Part shown: positions 20,117 through 29,782 of the stretch, piece after piece | Layout: each line of letters opens with the position of its first letter | How positions within the stretch are numbered: position 1 is the stretch's first letter | Source of the DNA: Flavobacteriales bacterium | Lineage (GTDB): Bacteria > Bacteroidota > Bacteroidia > Flavobacteriales_D > CAJJDF01 | Assembly: GCA_018609055.1 (NCBI GenBank) | Contig: JABAYJ010000005.1 | Span: 135,200-199,199, forward strand | Reading direction: 5' to 3' | Length of the DNA stretch: 64,000 nt | Program-made: the position numbers and the translations under genes | Notes under the pieces: model-generated | Database searches by the model: none | Seen by the model: only the letters and a program-made list of their open reading frames with translations | What the model was told of the DNA's origin: nothing

Positions 20117-20893
20117 ATGAAACAAAGTTTAGTATTATTTGCAGTAGTTACACTATTACTTTTTGGTTGTAAATCCAAAAAAGAAGTAGTTGTAGACGCA
20201 CAAAAAGAAGAAGTAGTTAAAGTGGAAGAAGAGAATGAATATGCTGAGTATGCGGGTAGTTATCAGATAATTTCTTTAGCAAATATCCCTGAGTTTAATG
20301 GAGTGTCTCCAACTATTATCATTAAAGATGATGGAAAAGTAGGAGGTAATAATGGATGTAATTCCTACTTCGGAAAATTAAATCTTGATGGAGGACCTGT
20401 TTTTTCAAATGTAGGCTCTACAAGAATGGCATGTCAGGGTATTGCAGGTGATGTTGAGAGAGAAATTAATAATGCTTTTTCGGAAGGAACTTCTATCGAA
20501 ATAGATTTAAAGAACCTTTCTTTATTGTCTGGAGAAACTGTGCTTATTAAAGCAAGACGTCTTTCGCTAGGAATAGGAGAGTGGAAATTAATAGCTCTTG
20601 AAGGGAAAATAATTCCTGAACCAATTGTTTTTTTCAGTGTTGATAATGGAAATGTACAGGGAACCACTGGGTGTAATACTTTTAGTGGAACACTAATAGA
20701 AGAAGGATTCAAGATTAAAATTAATGATGTTTCGGCTACAGAAATGGACTGCGAAGAATTTGATACTGTTTCAGAAGTAGTTTTTCTAAGAGCTTTGGGA
20801 AAAGTTACTAGTTATAAGTTAGAAGGATCCATAGCTACATTTTATTTCGGAAACAAAGAGTTATTTGTTCTTGAAAACGTAGGAGAGTTTTAA
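20117..20893 (+). CDS. Lipoprotein with two META (HslJ-like) domains
   Basis: 258 aa. Lipobox LLFGCKS. Two copies of the GCNSYFG / GCNTFSG META motif. Confidence 0.75.
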   Translation: MKQSLVLFAVVTLLLFGCKSKKEVVVDAQKEEVVKVEEENEYAEYAGSYQIISLANIPEFNGVSPTIIIKDDGKVGGNNGCNSYFGKLNLDGGPVFSNVGSTRMACQGIAGDVEREINNAFSEGTSIEIDLKNLSLLSGETVLIKARRLSLGIGEWKLIALEGKIIPEPIVFFSVDNGNVQGTTGCNTFSGTLIEEGFKIKINDVSATEMDCEEFDTVSEVVFLRALGKVTSYKLEGSIATFYFGNKELFVLENVGEF

Positions 20894-20974
20894 AAGCCCT
20901 ATTTTAGGCAAGTTGACCAAAGGTTAACTACCTTTGTAATTCAATATTAATAATCAGATTTAAAATATAATAAT

Positions 20975-21388
20975 ATGTACCCAGAAGAAGTAATAGCGCC
21001 AATAAGAGAAGATTTAACAGGAGCAGGATTTACAGAATTAACAACTCCAGCAGAAGTAGATGAGATTATGAACGCAGGAGGAACTACTCTTTGTGTAGTT
21101 AATTCGGTATGTGGGTGTGCAGCAAGAAACGCTAGGCCAGCAGCTAAATTATCAGTAGACATGGGAGATAAAAGACCTAATAACTTGGTAACAGTATTTG
21201 CAGGAGTAGATGCAGCAGCAGTTGAGCAGGCAAGAAAATACACTTTGCCTTATCCAGCATCATCACCAAGTATTGCTTTGTTTAAAGATGGAAAATTAGT
21301 TCACTTTTTAGAAAGACACCACATTGAAGGAAATACAGCAGAAGCAATTGCAGATAATTTATCAGCAGCTTATACTGAGTTTTGTTAA
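20975..21388 (+). CDS. BrxA/BrxB-family bacilliredoxin (YphP/YqiW)
   Basis: 137 aa. VVNSVCGCAA active-site CGC motif and overall YphP-like sequence. Confidence 0.85.
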   Translation: MYPEEVIAPIREDLTGAGFTELTTPAEVDEIMNAGGTTLCVVNSVCGCAARNARPAAKLSVDMGDKRPNNLVTVFAGVDAAAVEQARKYTLPYPASSPSIALFKDGKLVHFLERHHIEGNTAEAIADNLSAAYTEFC

Positions 21389-21410
21389 GATTAGATTTCA
21401 ATAAAAATGT

Positions 21411-21443
21411 AAAAGGGAGAAACGAAAGTTTCTCCCTTTTTTT
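21411..21443. terminator. Bidirectional intrinsic terminator between convergent genes
   Basis: GGGAGAAAC (21415..21423), GAAA loop, GTTTCTCCC (21428..21436). A4 upstream and T7 downstream. Lies between the bacilliredoxin stop (21388) and the S41 peptidase stop (21461). Confidence 0.85.
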
Positions 21444-21460
21444 GTGCAATAAACTTTTGG

Positions 21461-23050
21461 TTACATATTATTCAAAACCACATCCAAGTCATTGTTGTTT
21501 CTAGAATTAACGTATTCTCTTCCTTCCTCATCCCAAATTCCAGAAGCTATTTCTTCTTTTATTCTATTACTTAATCTTATTTTAGATTTAGAAATATCAC
21601 TCGGGTTTCCATTAACTTTTCTAGTTTTAGCGAAAGCTATAAAGTCATTATACATTCTATCAGTTACTACAAAGTTTTTCAAGAAATGATTCAAGCTTTT
21701 ATCAGTCAATCTTATTCTGTTAGTTTTTAAGTAATTGATTGTAAACTCAGTTATTACTCTGCTGTAAGCTACCTTTCTGTAAAATGAAGAATAACCAGTA
21801 GTATCATAAGGAATGAATACATCAGGAGTAATTCCACCACCACCATAAACTACTTTCCCTCCAGGGGTTGTAAATTTCAATGAGTCTACAAATACAGTAG
21901 AATCTAAAGCGAATAATTCACCATTTTTATCTCTGTCGTAAAGCTCCATCATGTAATCGTAATGTGCTCCATTTTTGTATGGTTTCTGAATACATCTTCC
22001 AGTTGGAGTGTAATATCGAGCAACAGTAATTCTCATTTGCGAGCTGTCGACCAATCTAATAGGTTTTTGAACTAATCCCTTACCAAATGAACGTCTTCCA
22101 TAAATAGTTCCTCTATCGTTATCCTGAATGGCTCCAGCAACAATCTCACTTGCACTTGCCGATTCTCTATCCATTAGTACAGCTAATTCTACTGTTTTTA
22201 ATATTCCTTTTTTAGTTGCAATTGCTTTCTCACCTTCTCCATTTCGGTCAAGAGTATAAACCATTAATTCTCCTTCTTCCAGAAATTGATCAACAATATC
22301 TTCGGCAATTTGTAAGTATCCACCTCCATTTCCTCTTAGGTCAAACACCATTTTTTTCATTCCTTTTCTCAGTAAATCTCTAGCTGCATAAAAGAATTCT
22401 TCAGATGATGTTTCGGAAAAACGAACCAGTTTAATGTACCCAATATCTTCAGTCAACATGAACGAAGCTGTTACACTTTTAATAGGAATTAGTCCTCTAA
22501 TAATAGTTTTAGTAAGTATTTCTCCTCTTCTTTTTAGTTCTATTTTCACTTCAGTTTTCGGCACTCCTTTTAAGAGTTTCATCACTTCATCATTCTGTAA
22601 ATTTACGCCTGCAACTAATGTTGTATCTATTTTTGTGATAATGTCTCCGTTTTCTATTCCAGCTCTAAAAGAAGGTCCGTTAGCAATAACATTGGTAACG
22701 AATAAGGAATCATTAAGGATAATAAACTTCACTCCAACACCAGCAAACTGCCCTCTCATTTCTTCGTCCTCTCGGTTGTTTTTTTTGTAAGGAATATATG
22801 CCGAATGAGGATCCAGGTTAGAGAGTAATTGTCGAATTGTTTTATCAGTAAGTTGCTTGTCAGAAATGGTATCTACAAATTCATTTTTAATAGCATCCAT
22901 TACTTGATATAGTTTTTGTTGGGAGCTATATTCAAGGTTGTTCTCTTTTTTTTGAGATAAGAAAGGAGAGTTGTTTTTCTTTCCCAAATAGAAACCAACT
23001 GCTAAAGCAATGGCAAAAAATAAAGGAAATAAGTAAGTGATTTTTTTCAT
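21461..23050 (-). CDS. S41-family carboxy-terminal processing peptidase
   Basis: 529 aa. N-terminal anchor, PDZ region, GSASASEIVAGA serine-nucleophile motif and FGKG. Confidence 0.9.
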   Translation of the reverse strand: MKKITYLFPLFFAIALAVGFYLGKKNNSPFLSQKKENNLEYSSQQKLYQVMDAIKNEFVDTISDKQLTDKTIRQLLSNLDPHSAYIPYKKNNREDEEMRGQFAGVGVKFIILNDSLFVTNVIANGPSFRAGIENGDIITKIDTTLVAGVNLQNDEVMKLLKGVPKTEVKIELKRRGEILTKTIIRGLIPIKSVTASFMLTEDIGYIKLVRFSETSSEEFFYAARDLLRKGMKKMVFDLRGNGGGYLQIAEDIVDQFLEEGELMVYTLDRNGEGEKAIATKKGILKTVELAVLMDRESASASEIVAGAIQDNDRGTIYGRRSFGKGLVQKPIRLVDSSQMRITVARYYTPTGRCIQKPYKNGAHYDYMMELYDRDKNGELFALDSTVFVDSLKFTTPGGKVVYGGGGITPDVFIPYDTTGYSSFYRKVAYSRVITEFTINYLKTNRIRLTDKSLNHFLKNFVVTDRMYNDFIAFAKTRKVNGNPSDISKSKIRLSNRIKEEIASGIWDEEGREYVNSRNNNDLDVVLNNM

Positions 23051-23472
23051 TAAAGTTTTATGTGTTCAAGTTCAATATCTGCCTTTTTCAAAAAGTCTAT
23101 TCCTGAGCAATCTTTGTATTCAGTGATATAAACTACGCGTTTTATTCCAGCTTGGTGTATTAGTTTAGCACAATCTCTACAAGGCGAAAGAGTAATGTAT
23201 AAAGTAGCTCCTTTGGAACTGTTAGTGGATTTAGATAGCTTCATCAAAGCATTAGCCTCAGCATGAAGCACATACCAATTGGTTTCTCCATTATCATCCT
23301 CACAACAATTATCAAAACCTGTAGGAGTTCCGTTATAACCATCAGATATTATTACCTGATCTTTTACAATAATAGCGCCTACTTGTTTACGCTCACAATG
23401 AGATAATTTACTCCATTCTTTAGCCATATTAAGATAGGCTGTATCATAGCGTAATTGTTTTTCTTTCTTCAT
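23050..23472 (-). CDS. Deoxycytidylate (dCMP) deaminase
   Basis: 140 aa. HAEANAL ... PCRDCAKLI zinc motifs, ComEB/dCMP deaminase pattern. Its stop shares nt 23050 with the downstream peptidase start. Confidence 0.88.
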   Translation of the reverse strand: MKKEKQLRYDTAYLNMAKEWSKLSHCERKQVGAIIVKDQVIISDGYNGTPTGFDNCCEDDNGETNWYVLHAEANALMKLSKSTNSSKGATLYITLSPCRDCAKLIHQAGIKRVVYITEYKDCSGIDFLKKADIELEHIKL

Positions 23473-23554
23473 TATAAGTAATTTGCTCGAATTTAATCAA
23501 AATATGGTTTAGGGATTATACTTTTCGAAACTAAATTATTCTCTATATTTGACT

Positions 23555-24370
23555 ATGGCAAATTCTCAATCATCTCAACCCATTGGAGTATTCGATTCTG
23601 GTATCGGAGGATTGACTGTGGCGCATGCTATTAGTAAGCTAATGCCTAACGAACGAATTATCTATTTTGGCGACACAGCTCATTTGCCTTATGGCGATAA
23701 ATCTCCCGAGTTAATCCATTCATTCGTTCAGAGTATTTCTAAGTTTTTAATTAGAAAAGAAAATTGCAAAGCTGTGGTAATGGCTTGCAATACTGCTTCG
23801 GCTACTTCGTATGAATTTTTGAGAGACAAGCACGAAGGGAATTTCCCAATTATTAATGTGATTGATCCGATTGTAGAAGCAATTGTAAGTGATAATTCGA
23901 TAAAAAAAGTAGGATTAATTGCAACTAAAACTACTGTAGAGTCTGGCGTATATCAAGAAAAGCTAAACCGAAGAAATCCCGAGTTGGAAATAGAAGTATT
24001 GGCAACTCCACTTTTAGCCCCAATGATTGAGGAAGGTTTTAGTCAGGATAAAATAAGCCACACGGTAATCGAAAATTATCTTTCTAACCCAAAATTTAAA
24101 GACATTGATGCTTTGATTTTAGGGTGTACACATTACGTTTTAATTGCAGATGAAATCAGTGAATTTTTTGATGGAAAGGTCAAGTTATTTGATTCTACTG
24201 ATATTTTGGCAAGTAAATTAAAAGTCATTTTGGATAACGAAAACTTACTTTCTGATAAAAAAGAAAAGCGAAACAAGTTTTATGTTTCCGATTTAACCAA
24301 GGGTTTTAGTGAATCTGCCTCTAGATTTTATGGAGAAAACTTAGTGTTAGAACTGAATAAGATTGATTAA
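23555..24370 (+). CDS. murI: Glutamate racemase
   Basis: The track ORF begins at TTG 23549; the ATG at 23555 is preferred. GVFDSGIGGLTV, ACNTAS and GCTHY motifs. Confidence 0.93.
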   Translation: MANSQSSQPIGVFDSGIGGLTVAHAISKLMPNERIIYFGDTAHLPYGDKSPELIHSFVQSISKFLIRKENCKAVVMACNTASATSYEFLRDKHEGNFPIINVIDPIVEAIVSDNSIKKVGLIATKTTVESGVYQEKLNRRNPELEIEVLATPLLAPMIEEGFSQDKISHTVIENYLSNPKFKDIDALILGCTHYVLIADEISEFFDGKVKLFDSTDILASKLKVILDNENLLSDKKEKRNKFYVSDLTKGFSESASRFYGENLVLELNKID

Positions 24371-24430
24371 GAATAATATCTCAGGCTCAACTTTCCATAC
24401 TAAACTCCGTATATTTAAAAAAACAACCAC

Positions 24431-25207
24431 ATGAAAAAGCTAATTTTTGTATTCATTGCCGTTTTGGTAATAGGATTTATTTCTTGTAATAAAGATGATG
24501 TTACACCCATTGAGTTTACTACCAATCCAACTCCTACAGACGAAGCATTTGTTAAAACTATTGAGTTTCCTTCTGGAGATTCTTTGATGATAACTGCCGA
24601 TCATTTTCATGTAAATAATAGTAAACCAATTATAGTATTATGTCACCAGGCCGGTTACAGCAGAGGAGAATACCTTGAAATTGCTGATTCATTAAACAGG
24701 CTAGGATTTAATTGCTTAGCAATAGACCAAAGATCTGGAGGTTCGGTAAATGGGGTTAATAACGAAACAAGAACAAAAGCCATTGCTGCTGGTTTGGCAA
24801 TAAGTTTTACTGATGCTAAACAAGATATTGTTGCTGCAATATCATGGGCAAAAGCATATTATGGTAAAAATGTAATTCTGTGGGGAAGTTCATACTCAGC
24901 AGCTCATTCTTTGGTTATTTCTAATGAGAATGCAGATGTAGAGCAAGTATTAGTATTTAGTCCTGGAGAATTTTTAGCAGGAACAAATGTTGAAGCTTCA
25001 GTTACAGGATTAAACAAACCTGCATTTTTAACTTCATCTAAAACTGAGGCTACAGATGTTACTGATTTTTATAATGTAATTACTTCAACTGATAAAGTTC
25101 AATTTATCCCTACAGGAAGCGGAGTTCATGGAGCTAAAGCATTATGGAGTTCACAATCAGACCAAGCTGAGTATTGGGTAGCTGTTAAAGCTTTTTTGGG
25201 AGTGTAA
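24431..25207 (+). CDS. Alpha/beta-hydrolase-fold lipoprotein
   Basis: 258 aa. Lipobox GFISCNK. Nucleophile-elbow-like WGSSYSA. Generic hydrolase pattern only. Confidence 0.6.
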   Translation: MKKLIFVFIAVLVIGFISCNKDDVTPIEFTTNPTPTDEAFVKTIEFPSGDSLMITADHFHVNNSKPIIVLCHQAGYSRGEYLEIADSLNRLGFNCLAIDQRSGGSVNGVNNETRTKAIAAGLAISFTDAKQDIVAAISWAKAYYGKNVILWGSSYSAAHSLVISNENADVEQVLVFSPGEFLAGTNVEASVTGLNKPAFLTSSKTEATDVTDFYNVITSTDKVQFIPTGSGVHGAKALWSSQSDQAEYWVAVKAFLGV

Positions 25208-25230
25208 ACTAATTATAAATTCGTGTAAAT

Positions 25231-25272
25231 AAAAAAAGACTCTTTAGATTATTCTAAAGAGTCTTTTTTTTT
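25231..25272. terminator. Bidirectional intrinsic terminator between convergent genes
   Basis: AGACTCTTTAG (25237..25247) pairs with CTAAAGAGTCT (25254..25264). A7 before and T9 after. Lies between the hydrolase stop (25207) and the der stop (25287). Confidence 0.88.
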
Positions 25273-25286
25273 GTGGAATGTTTATT

Positions 25287-26600
25287 TTAATTCTTCTTCC
25301 TAAAGAAAATATTCATTGGTACCCCTTCAAATTTATAAAGCTTACGCAATTGGTTTTCTACAAATCGCTTGTAATCCTCACGGATGTATTGCGGTAAGTT
25401 ACAGAAAACTGCAAAACTTGGTGTGTAAGTTGGTAGTTGAGTAATAAACTTAATCTTAATGTACTTCCCTTTGTAAGCAGGTGGTGGAGTTCTTTCTATT
25501 ATTGGCAGTAACTTGTCGTTAAGCTCAGAAGTAGGTATTTTCTGTGTACGGTTTTCGTATACTTCAATAGATTTTTCTAATGCTTTATGTAGTCTTTGTT
25601 TAGTAACTGTTGATGTGAAAATGATTGGAACATCAGTAAATGGAGCTAACCTTTTTCTTACTCTTTCCTCCATCTCTTTAATGGTATTGGTTTCTTTTTC
25701 GTCAACCAAATCCCATTTGTTGATTAATACAACAACTCCTTTTTTGTTCTTTTTTATTATTTGAAATACATTCAAATCTTGATGACCTATTCCTTCAATA
25801 GCATCAACCATAAAAATACATACATCACTTTCTTCAATGGCTCTTACCGAACGCAATGTTGAATAAAACTCAATGTCTTCCTGTACTTTAGCTTGTTTTC
25901 TTAATCCGGCAGTATCTACCAAAAAGAAATCAAAACCATATGATTTGTAACGTGTATTAAGCGTATCTCTTGTCGTTCCAGATATTGGAGTTACAATGTT
26001 TCTCTCTTGACCAATTAAGGCATTTATTAGAGATGATTTCCCTACGTTTGGTTTTCCTACAATAGCAAATTTTGGCACTCCAGAAGTATCTTCTAATTCT
26101 GGTTTGTCCTCAAAGTCTGATACTACTTTATCAAGTATTTCACCAGTTCCACTTCCGTTAATAGAAGATAAGTTGTAAACTTCTCCTAATCCTAAGCTAT
26201 AAAACTCAGCCGACATGGTTTGGTGAATAGGCGAATCTACTTTATTGGCAATTACATATACTTTTTTAGACATCTTTCGGAGAATTTTAGCAACTCTCAT
26301 GTCTAAATCAGTAATTCCTACTTGTACATCTACCACAAATAATATAGCATCTGCTTCATCCATAGCCAAGTGAACTTGCTTACGAATTTCTCCTTCAAAT
26401 ACATCATCTGAACCTTGAACATAACCTCCTGTATCAATCACAGAAAATTCTGCACCATTCCATTCCGATTTCCCGTAGTGCCTGTCACGAGTTACTCCAC
26501 TAGATTCCTCTACAATGGCTTTTCGTTCTCCTGTTAATCTATTGAAAAGAGTAGATTTCCCTACATTTGGTCTTCCTACTATCGCTACTATATTTCCCAT
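25287..26600 (-). CDS. der: Ribosome biogenesis GTPase Der (EngA)
   Basis: Two tandem GTPase domains (GRPNVGKST and GKPNVGKSS) plus a KH-like C-domain. The track ORF extends to 26666. Der proteins start right at the first P-loop, so the ATG at 26600 ([17 protein letters not shown]) is preferred. Confidence 0.93.
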   Translation of the reverse strand: MGNIVAIVGRPNVGKSTLFNRLTGERKAIVEESSGVTRDRHYGKSEWNGAEFSVIDTGGYVQGSDDVFEGEIRKQVHLAMDEADAILFVVDVQVGITDLDMRVAKILRKMSKKVYVIANKVDSPIHQTMSAEFYSLGLGEVYNLSSINGSGTGEILDKVVSDFEDKPELEDTSGVPKFAIVGKPNVGKSSLINALIGQERNIVTPISGTTRDTLNTRYKSYGFDFFLVDTAGLRKQAKVQEDIEFYSTLRSVRAIEESDVCIFMVDAIEGIGHQDLNVFQIIKKNKKGVVVLINKWDLVDEKETNTIKEMEERVRKRLAPFTDVPIIFTSTVTKQRLHKALEKSIEVYENRTQKIPTSELNDKLLPIIERTPPPAYKGKYIKIKFITQLPTYTPSFAVFCNLPQYIREDYKRFVENQLRKLYKFEGVPMNIFFRKKN

Positions 26601-26682
26601 ACTGCTTCTATTATTCTGCGAATTTACGATTAATAGTTTAGATTGAACCATAGTTCTTTGATTCACTCAAATTACCTCACTT

Positions 26683-28800
26683 TTATTCAATAAACCCTTT
26701 CTTCTCCAACAACCATTTAATGTCTGGTTCTTGCCCTCTAAAATCGGTATAAAGCTTCATTCCTTTTTCGGATCCTCCTTTGCTCATCATCTCTTGGTAG
26801 CGTTTGGCTACTGCTGGGTCAAATAAGTTTCCGGTTTCTTTAAAAGCATTAAAACAATCTGCATCCAATACTTCTGACCATTGGTAACTGTAGTATCCTG
26901 CAGAGTATCCACCAGAGAATATATGAGAGAAATACGTACTTCGGTATCTTGGTTGAATCACATCAATTAATCCTAATTCAGTTAATTTTTTAGCTTCAAA
27001 TTCGTTAACTCCCATTTCTGTTGGAGCTTCAAGTGTGTGCCAATACATATCTAAATAAGCAGCAGCCATGTATTCTACGGTACCAAATCCACCATTAAAA
27101 CTATTGGCATCTTTTAACTTTTTAATTAATGCTTCTGGAATAACTTCTCCCGTTTTGTAATGCTTGGCAAATAATTGCAATACCTCAGGTTCGCCCATCC
27201 AGTTTTCCATTACTTGCGAAGGAAACTCAACAAAATCTCTAGGAACAGCAGTTCCAGATAAGCTTCTGTACTTTACGTTAGAAAGTAATCCGTGAATAGC
27301 GTGTCCAAACTCGTGAAACAAAGTTTCTGCTTCTCTGTATGATAATAGAGAAGGAGAGTTTTCTGTTGGTGCTGGATAATTGTAGTTCGTAGTCACCACT
27401 GGGTGAATCATTCCATCTACATTCGATTGTTTTCTTATCGAGTTCATCCAAGCACCACCTCTTTTACTGTCTCTTGCAAAGAAATCTAAATACATAATCC
27501 CACAGTGCGAACCGTCTCTGTTATTAACTTCAAATACTTCTTGTTCTGGATGCCAAATTGGTAAATCTGTTCTTTTTACGAAAGTCATTCCAAATAGCTT
27601 ATTTGCCAATTCAAACACACCTTTTGTAACAGCAGAAACCTCAAAATAAGGTCTAGTCTCTTCTTCGTCAAAGTTGTAACGCTCTTTTCTTACTTTTTCT
27701 ACATAATATCTCCAGTCGTGTCCTTGAATGTCTCCTTCGTTTCCATCTGCTTGGAAAATCTTATTCATTGCAGCTTTTTCTTCTTTCGCTTTCGCTAAAG
27801 CAAATGGCCACATTTTATCCATAAATGCTAATACATTTTCTGGTTTTTCAGCCATGTTGTTTTGCAATACTCTAGATGCATGATTTTTAAATCCTAATAG
27901 TTTTGCTTTGTCAATTCTTAACGAAACAATCTCTTTAATGATTTTTTTGTTGTCCTTATCGTTATCATTGTTAGCTCTTTGAGCGTATGCATCATACAAT
28001 ATTTTACGTGCTTTTCTGTTTGGCGAACTTTGTAAAAAAGGATTGATACTTGGTCTCTGAACCGTAAATGACCATCCTGATTCGTGCCCTCTTTTTGTAG
28101 CTTCTTCTTTAGCTAGAGCTTTCAAACTAGTTGGTAAATTTCCTAAATCTGTTGAATCAGTTGTGTGGTACTCAAATGAGTTGGTTTCATCTAATAAATT
28201 ATTTCCATACTGAAGAGTTAGCTCAGCCAACTTTCCGTTTATTTCTTTTAGTTTTTCTTTGTCTTCTGCACCCAAATTAATTCCCGATTTAGTAAAATCT
28301 TTATATTTTTCCTCCAACAAGTAGCTTTCAATTGGGGTTAAGTTTAACGTTTCTTTTTGGTCGTAAACAGCTTTCACTTTGGCGAATAAATCTTCGTTAA
28401 GCATTATGTTGTCATAATGAGCCGAAGTAATTGGAGCCAATTCCTTTTTGGTAGCTTTTAAAATACTATCCGTATTTGCAGCTTCTACACAAGATAATAA
28501 AGAACTGATTTTTGTCAGGTTTTTACCAGCAAATTCAATTCCTTCAATCGTATTTTTGAAAGTTGGAGCTTCTGTATTATTTATAATTGCGTCAATATCT
28601 GCTTGGTGTTCGGCAAGAGCAATTTTGTATGCTGGTAAATAATCTTCGCTTTGTATTTTATCAAATGGAGGTAAGCCAAACGGGGTATCCCATTCTTGTA
28701 GGATTGGATTTTCTCTTTCCACAGTTTTGTTAGTTGATTTTGGATTGTTGCAAGCTATTAGTACAATGCTTGATAGTGCTAAAAGGATAGTCTTTTTCAT
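26683..28800 (-). CDS. dcp: M3-family peptidyl-dipeptidase (Dcp-like) lipoprotein
   Basis: HEFGH zinc motif and M3 architecture. The track ORF starts at TTG 28839. The ATG at 28800 gives MKKTILLALSSIVLIACNN (lipoprotein signal), and the upstream terminator U-tract overlaps the TTG. Confidence 0.9.
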   Translation of the reverse strand: MKKTILLALSSIVLIACNNPKSTNKTVERENPILQEWDTPFGLPPFDKIQSEDYLPAYKIALAEHQADIDAIINNTEAPTFKNTIEGIEFAGKNLTKISSLLSCVEAANTDSILKATKKELAPITSAHYDNIMLNEDLFAKVKAVYDQKETLNLTPIESYLLEEKYKDFTKSGINLGAEDKEKLKEINGKLAELTLQYGNNLLDETNSFEYHTTDSTDLGNLPTSLKALAKEEATKRGHESGWSFTVQRPSINPFLQSSPNRKARKILYDAYAQRANNDNDKDNKKIIKEIVSLRIDKAKLLGFKNHASRVLQNNMAEKPENVLAFMDKMWPFALAKAKEEKAAMNKIFQADGNEGDIQGHDWRYYVEKVRKERYNFDEEETRPYFEVSAVTKGVFELANKLFGMTFVKRTDLPIWHPEQEVFEVNNRDGSHCGIMYLDFFARDSKRGGAWMNSIRKQSNVDGMIHPVVTTNYNYPAPTENSPSLLSYREAETLFHEFGHAIHGLLSNVKYRSLSGTAVPRDFVEFPSQVMENWMGEPEVLQLFAKHYKTGEVIPEALIKKLKDANSFNGGFGTVEYMAAAYLDMYWHTLEAPTEMGVNEFEAKKLTELGLIDVIQPRYRSTYFSHIFSGGYSAGYYSYQWSEVLDADCFNAFKETGNLFDPAVAKRYQEMMSKGGSEKGMKLYTDFRGQEPDIKWLLEKKGFIE

Positions 28801-28837
28801 TCTTTTTATTTGTTTGTATAAATATACCATTTTCCAC

Positions 28838-28872
28838 AAAAAAAACCGTCACGATTTCTCGAGACGGTTTTT
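28838..28872 (-). terminator. Intrinsic terminator after the DUF2911 gene
   Basis: ACCGTC (28845..28850) pairs with GACGGT (28863..28868). On the minus strand the hairpin is followed by T8 (plus-strand A-run 28838..28845). Confidence 0.7.
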
Positions 28873-28892
28873 AAATAATGGTTTAGAAAGAA

Positions 28893-29729
28893 TTACTCAG
28901 CTTCCCAAGCTTTAATGTTCTTTTCAATGTAGTTAGCCCATCCTTTAGATTCAGCTTTGTTAGCTAATTTAAGAGCTTCTTTAGCTACTTTAATTGCTTC
29001 AGCAGTATTTCCTTCTGCTTTCAAAATTCCAGCTTTAGTAAACATTGCAGGGTGTGCTTTTTTAATCTTCAATGATTTGTCAACATACATTAATGCAGTT
29101 TCGTAATCTTTCATGTCCTTGAAATATCCAGCAGCTTTAGAATATACTTTGTCTAAGTCTTTTCCTTCTTTGATAGCTGCTTCAATGTTAGATTTTGCAA
29201 TCATACCAGTATTAACAGTAAAAGGAACTTCTATATTTAATTTTTCCCATTTGATAGAGATTACTGCTGAAGTAGCTGTGATTTTATCAAAACCGATAGT
29301 AAAACTTTCAGTAAAAGAATTAACCATTGCTTTAGCATTTACTCTTACTATATCATTTTCTTTTTTGTATCCGCTTAATCCTTGTAGGCCAGCATCAGAG
29401 TTAATAATAATTGTCCAATCTCCATTTTCTGCTGGGATTGCTTGCATAGAATATTCTCCTGCTGCAACTTCTTTACCTCCAATAGTAATAGGAGTTGAAA
29501 GTGTTAATTTAGTTGCCATGTTTGCTCCTAATCTCCACATCTCATCATATTTCACTAGTTCTCCAAAAATAGTTCTTCCTTTAGCAGAAGGTCTAGAATA
29601 GTCAACTGATACAGTTGTTAAACCAACCATTTGTTCTACTTCACTGTGTGGACTTGGTTTTGGTAATTCTTGTGCTGTTGCAGAAAAAGCAAACATTGCT
29701 GCTGCGATCGTTACGATTAATTTTTTCAT
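28893..29729 (-). CDS. DUF2911-like secreted protein with a C-terminal TPR-like region
   Basis: 278 aa. Signal peptide, WRLGANMATKL motif typical of DUF2911, helical repeat tail. Confidence 0.65.
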   Translation of the reverse strand: MKKLIVTIAAAMFAFSATAQELPKPSPHSEVEQMVGLTTVSVDYSRPSAKGRTIFGELVKYDEMWRLGANMATKLTLSTPITIGGKEVAAGEYSMQAIPAENGDWTIIINSDAGLQGLSGYKKENDIVRVNAKAMVNSFTESFTIGFDKITATSAVISIKWEKLNIEVPFTVNTGMIAKSNIEAAIKEGKDLDKVYSKAAGYFKDMKDYETALMYVDKSLKIKKAHPAMFTKAGILKAEGNTAEAIKVAKEALKLANKAESKGWANYIEKNIKAWEAE

Positions 29730-29782
29730 TTGATTTATGTTTTTGGTTTATTTTGTGCCAAGTGTATTGGCGTTAATTAGTT

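Noticed and set aside
16734-23472. Three CDA-fold deaminase genes within 7 kb (tadA, cdd, dCMP deaminase) as a possible deaminase-based defence or editing system
   Set aside because: Each matches a distinct housekeeping family in size and motifs. They are separated by the pdh genes and others, and no toxin, immunity or helicase partners are present.
26601-26666. 22-codon N-terminal extension of Der
   Set aside because: The extension ([22 protein letters not shown]) is not Der-like. The canonical protein begins at the first P-loop, and an ATG is present there (26600).
28801-28839. TTG-initiated 13-codon extension of the M3 peptidase
   Set aside because: The ATG at 28800 yields a proper lipoprotein signal peptide. 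The TTG sits within the U-tract of the upstream terminator (28838..28872).
29113-29601. 162-aa plus-strand ORF, and similar long antisense ORFs at 22434..22790, 34947..35285, 47269..47703, 59617..59967, 44949..45487 and 17299..17622
   Set aside because: All are embedded antisense in confidently identified genes. Their low-complexity Ser/Leu/Phe/Ile-rich composition is typical of shadow ORFs in AT-rich DNA, and none shows a motif.
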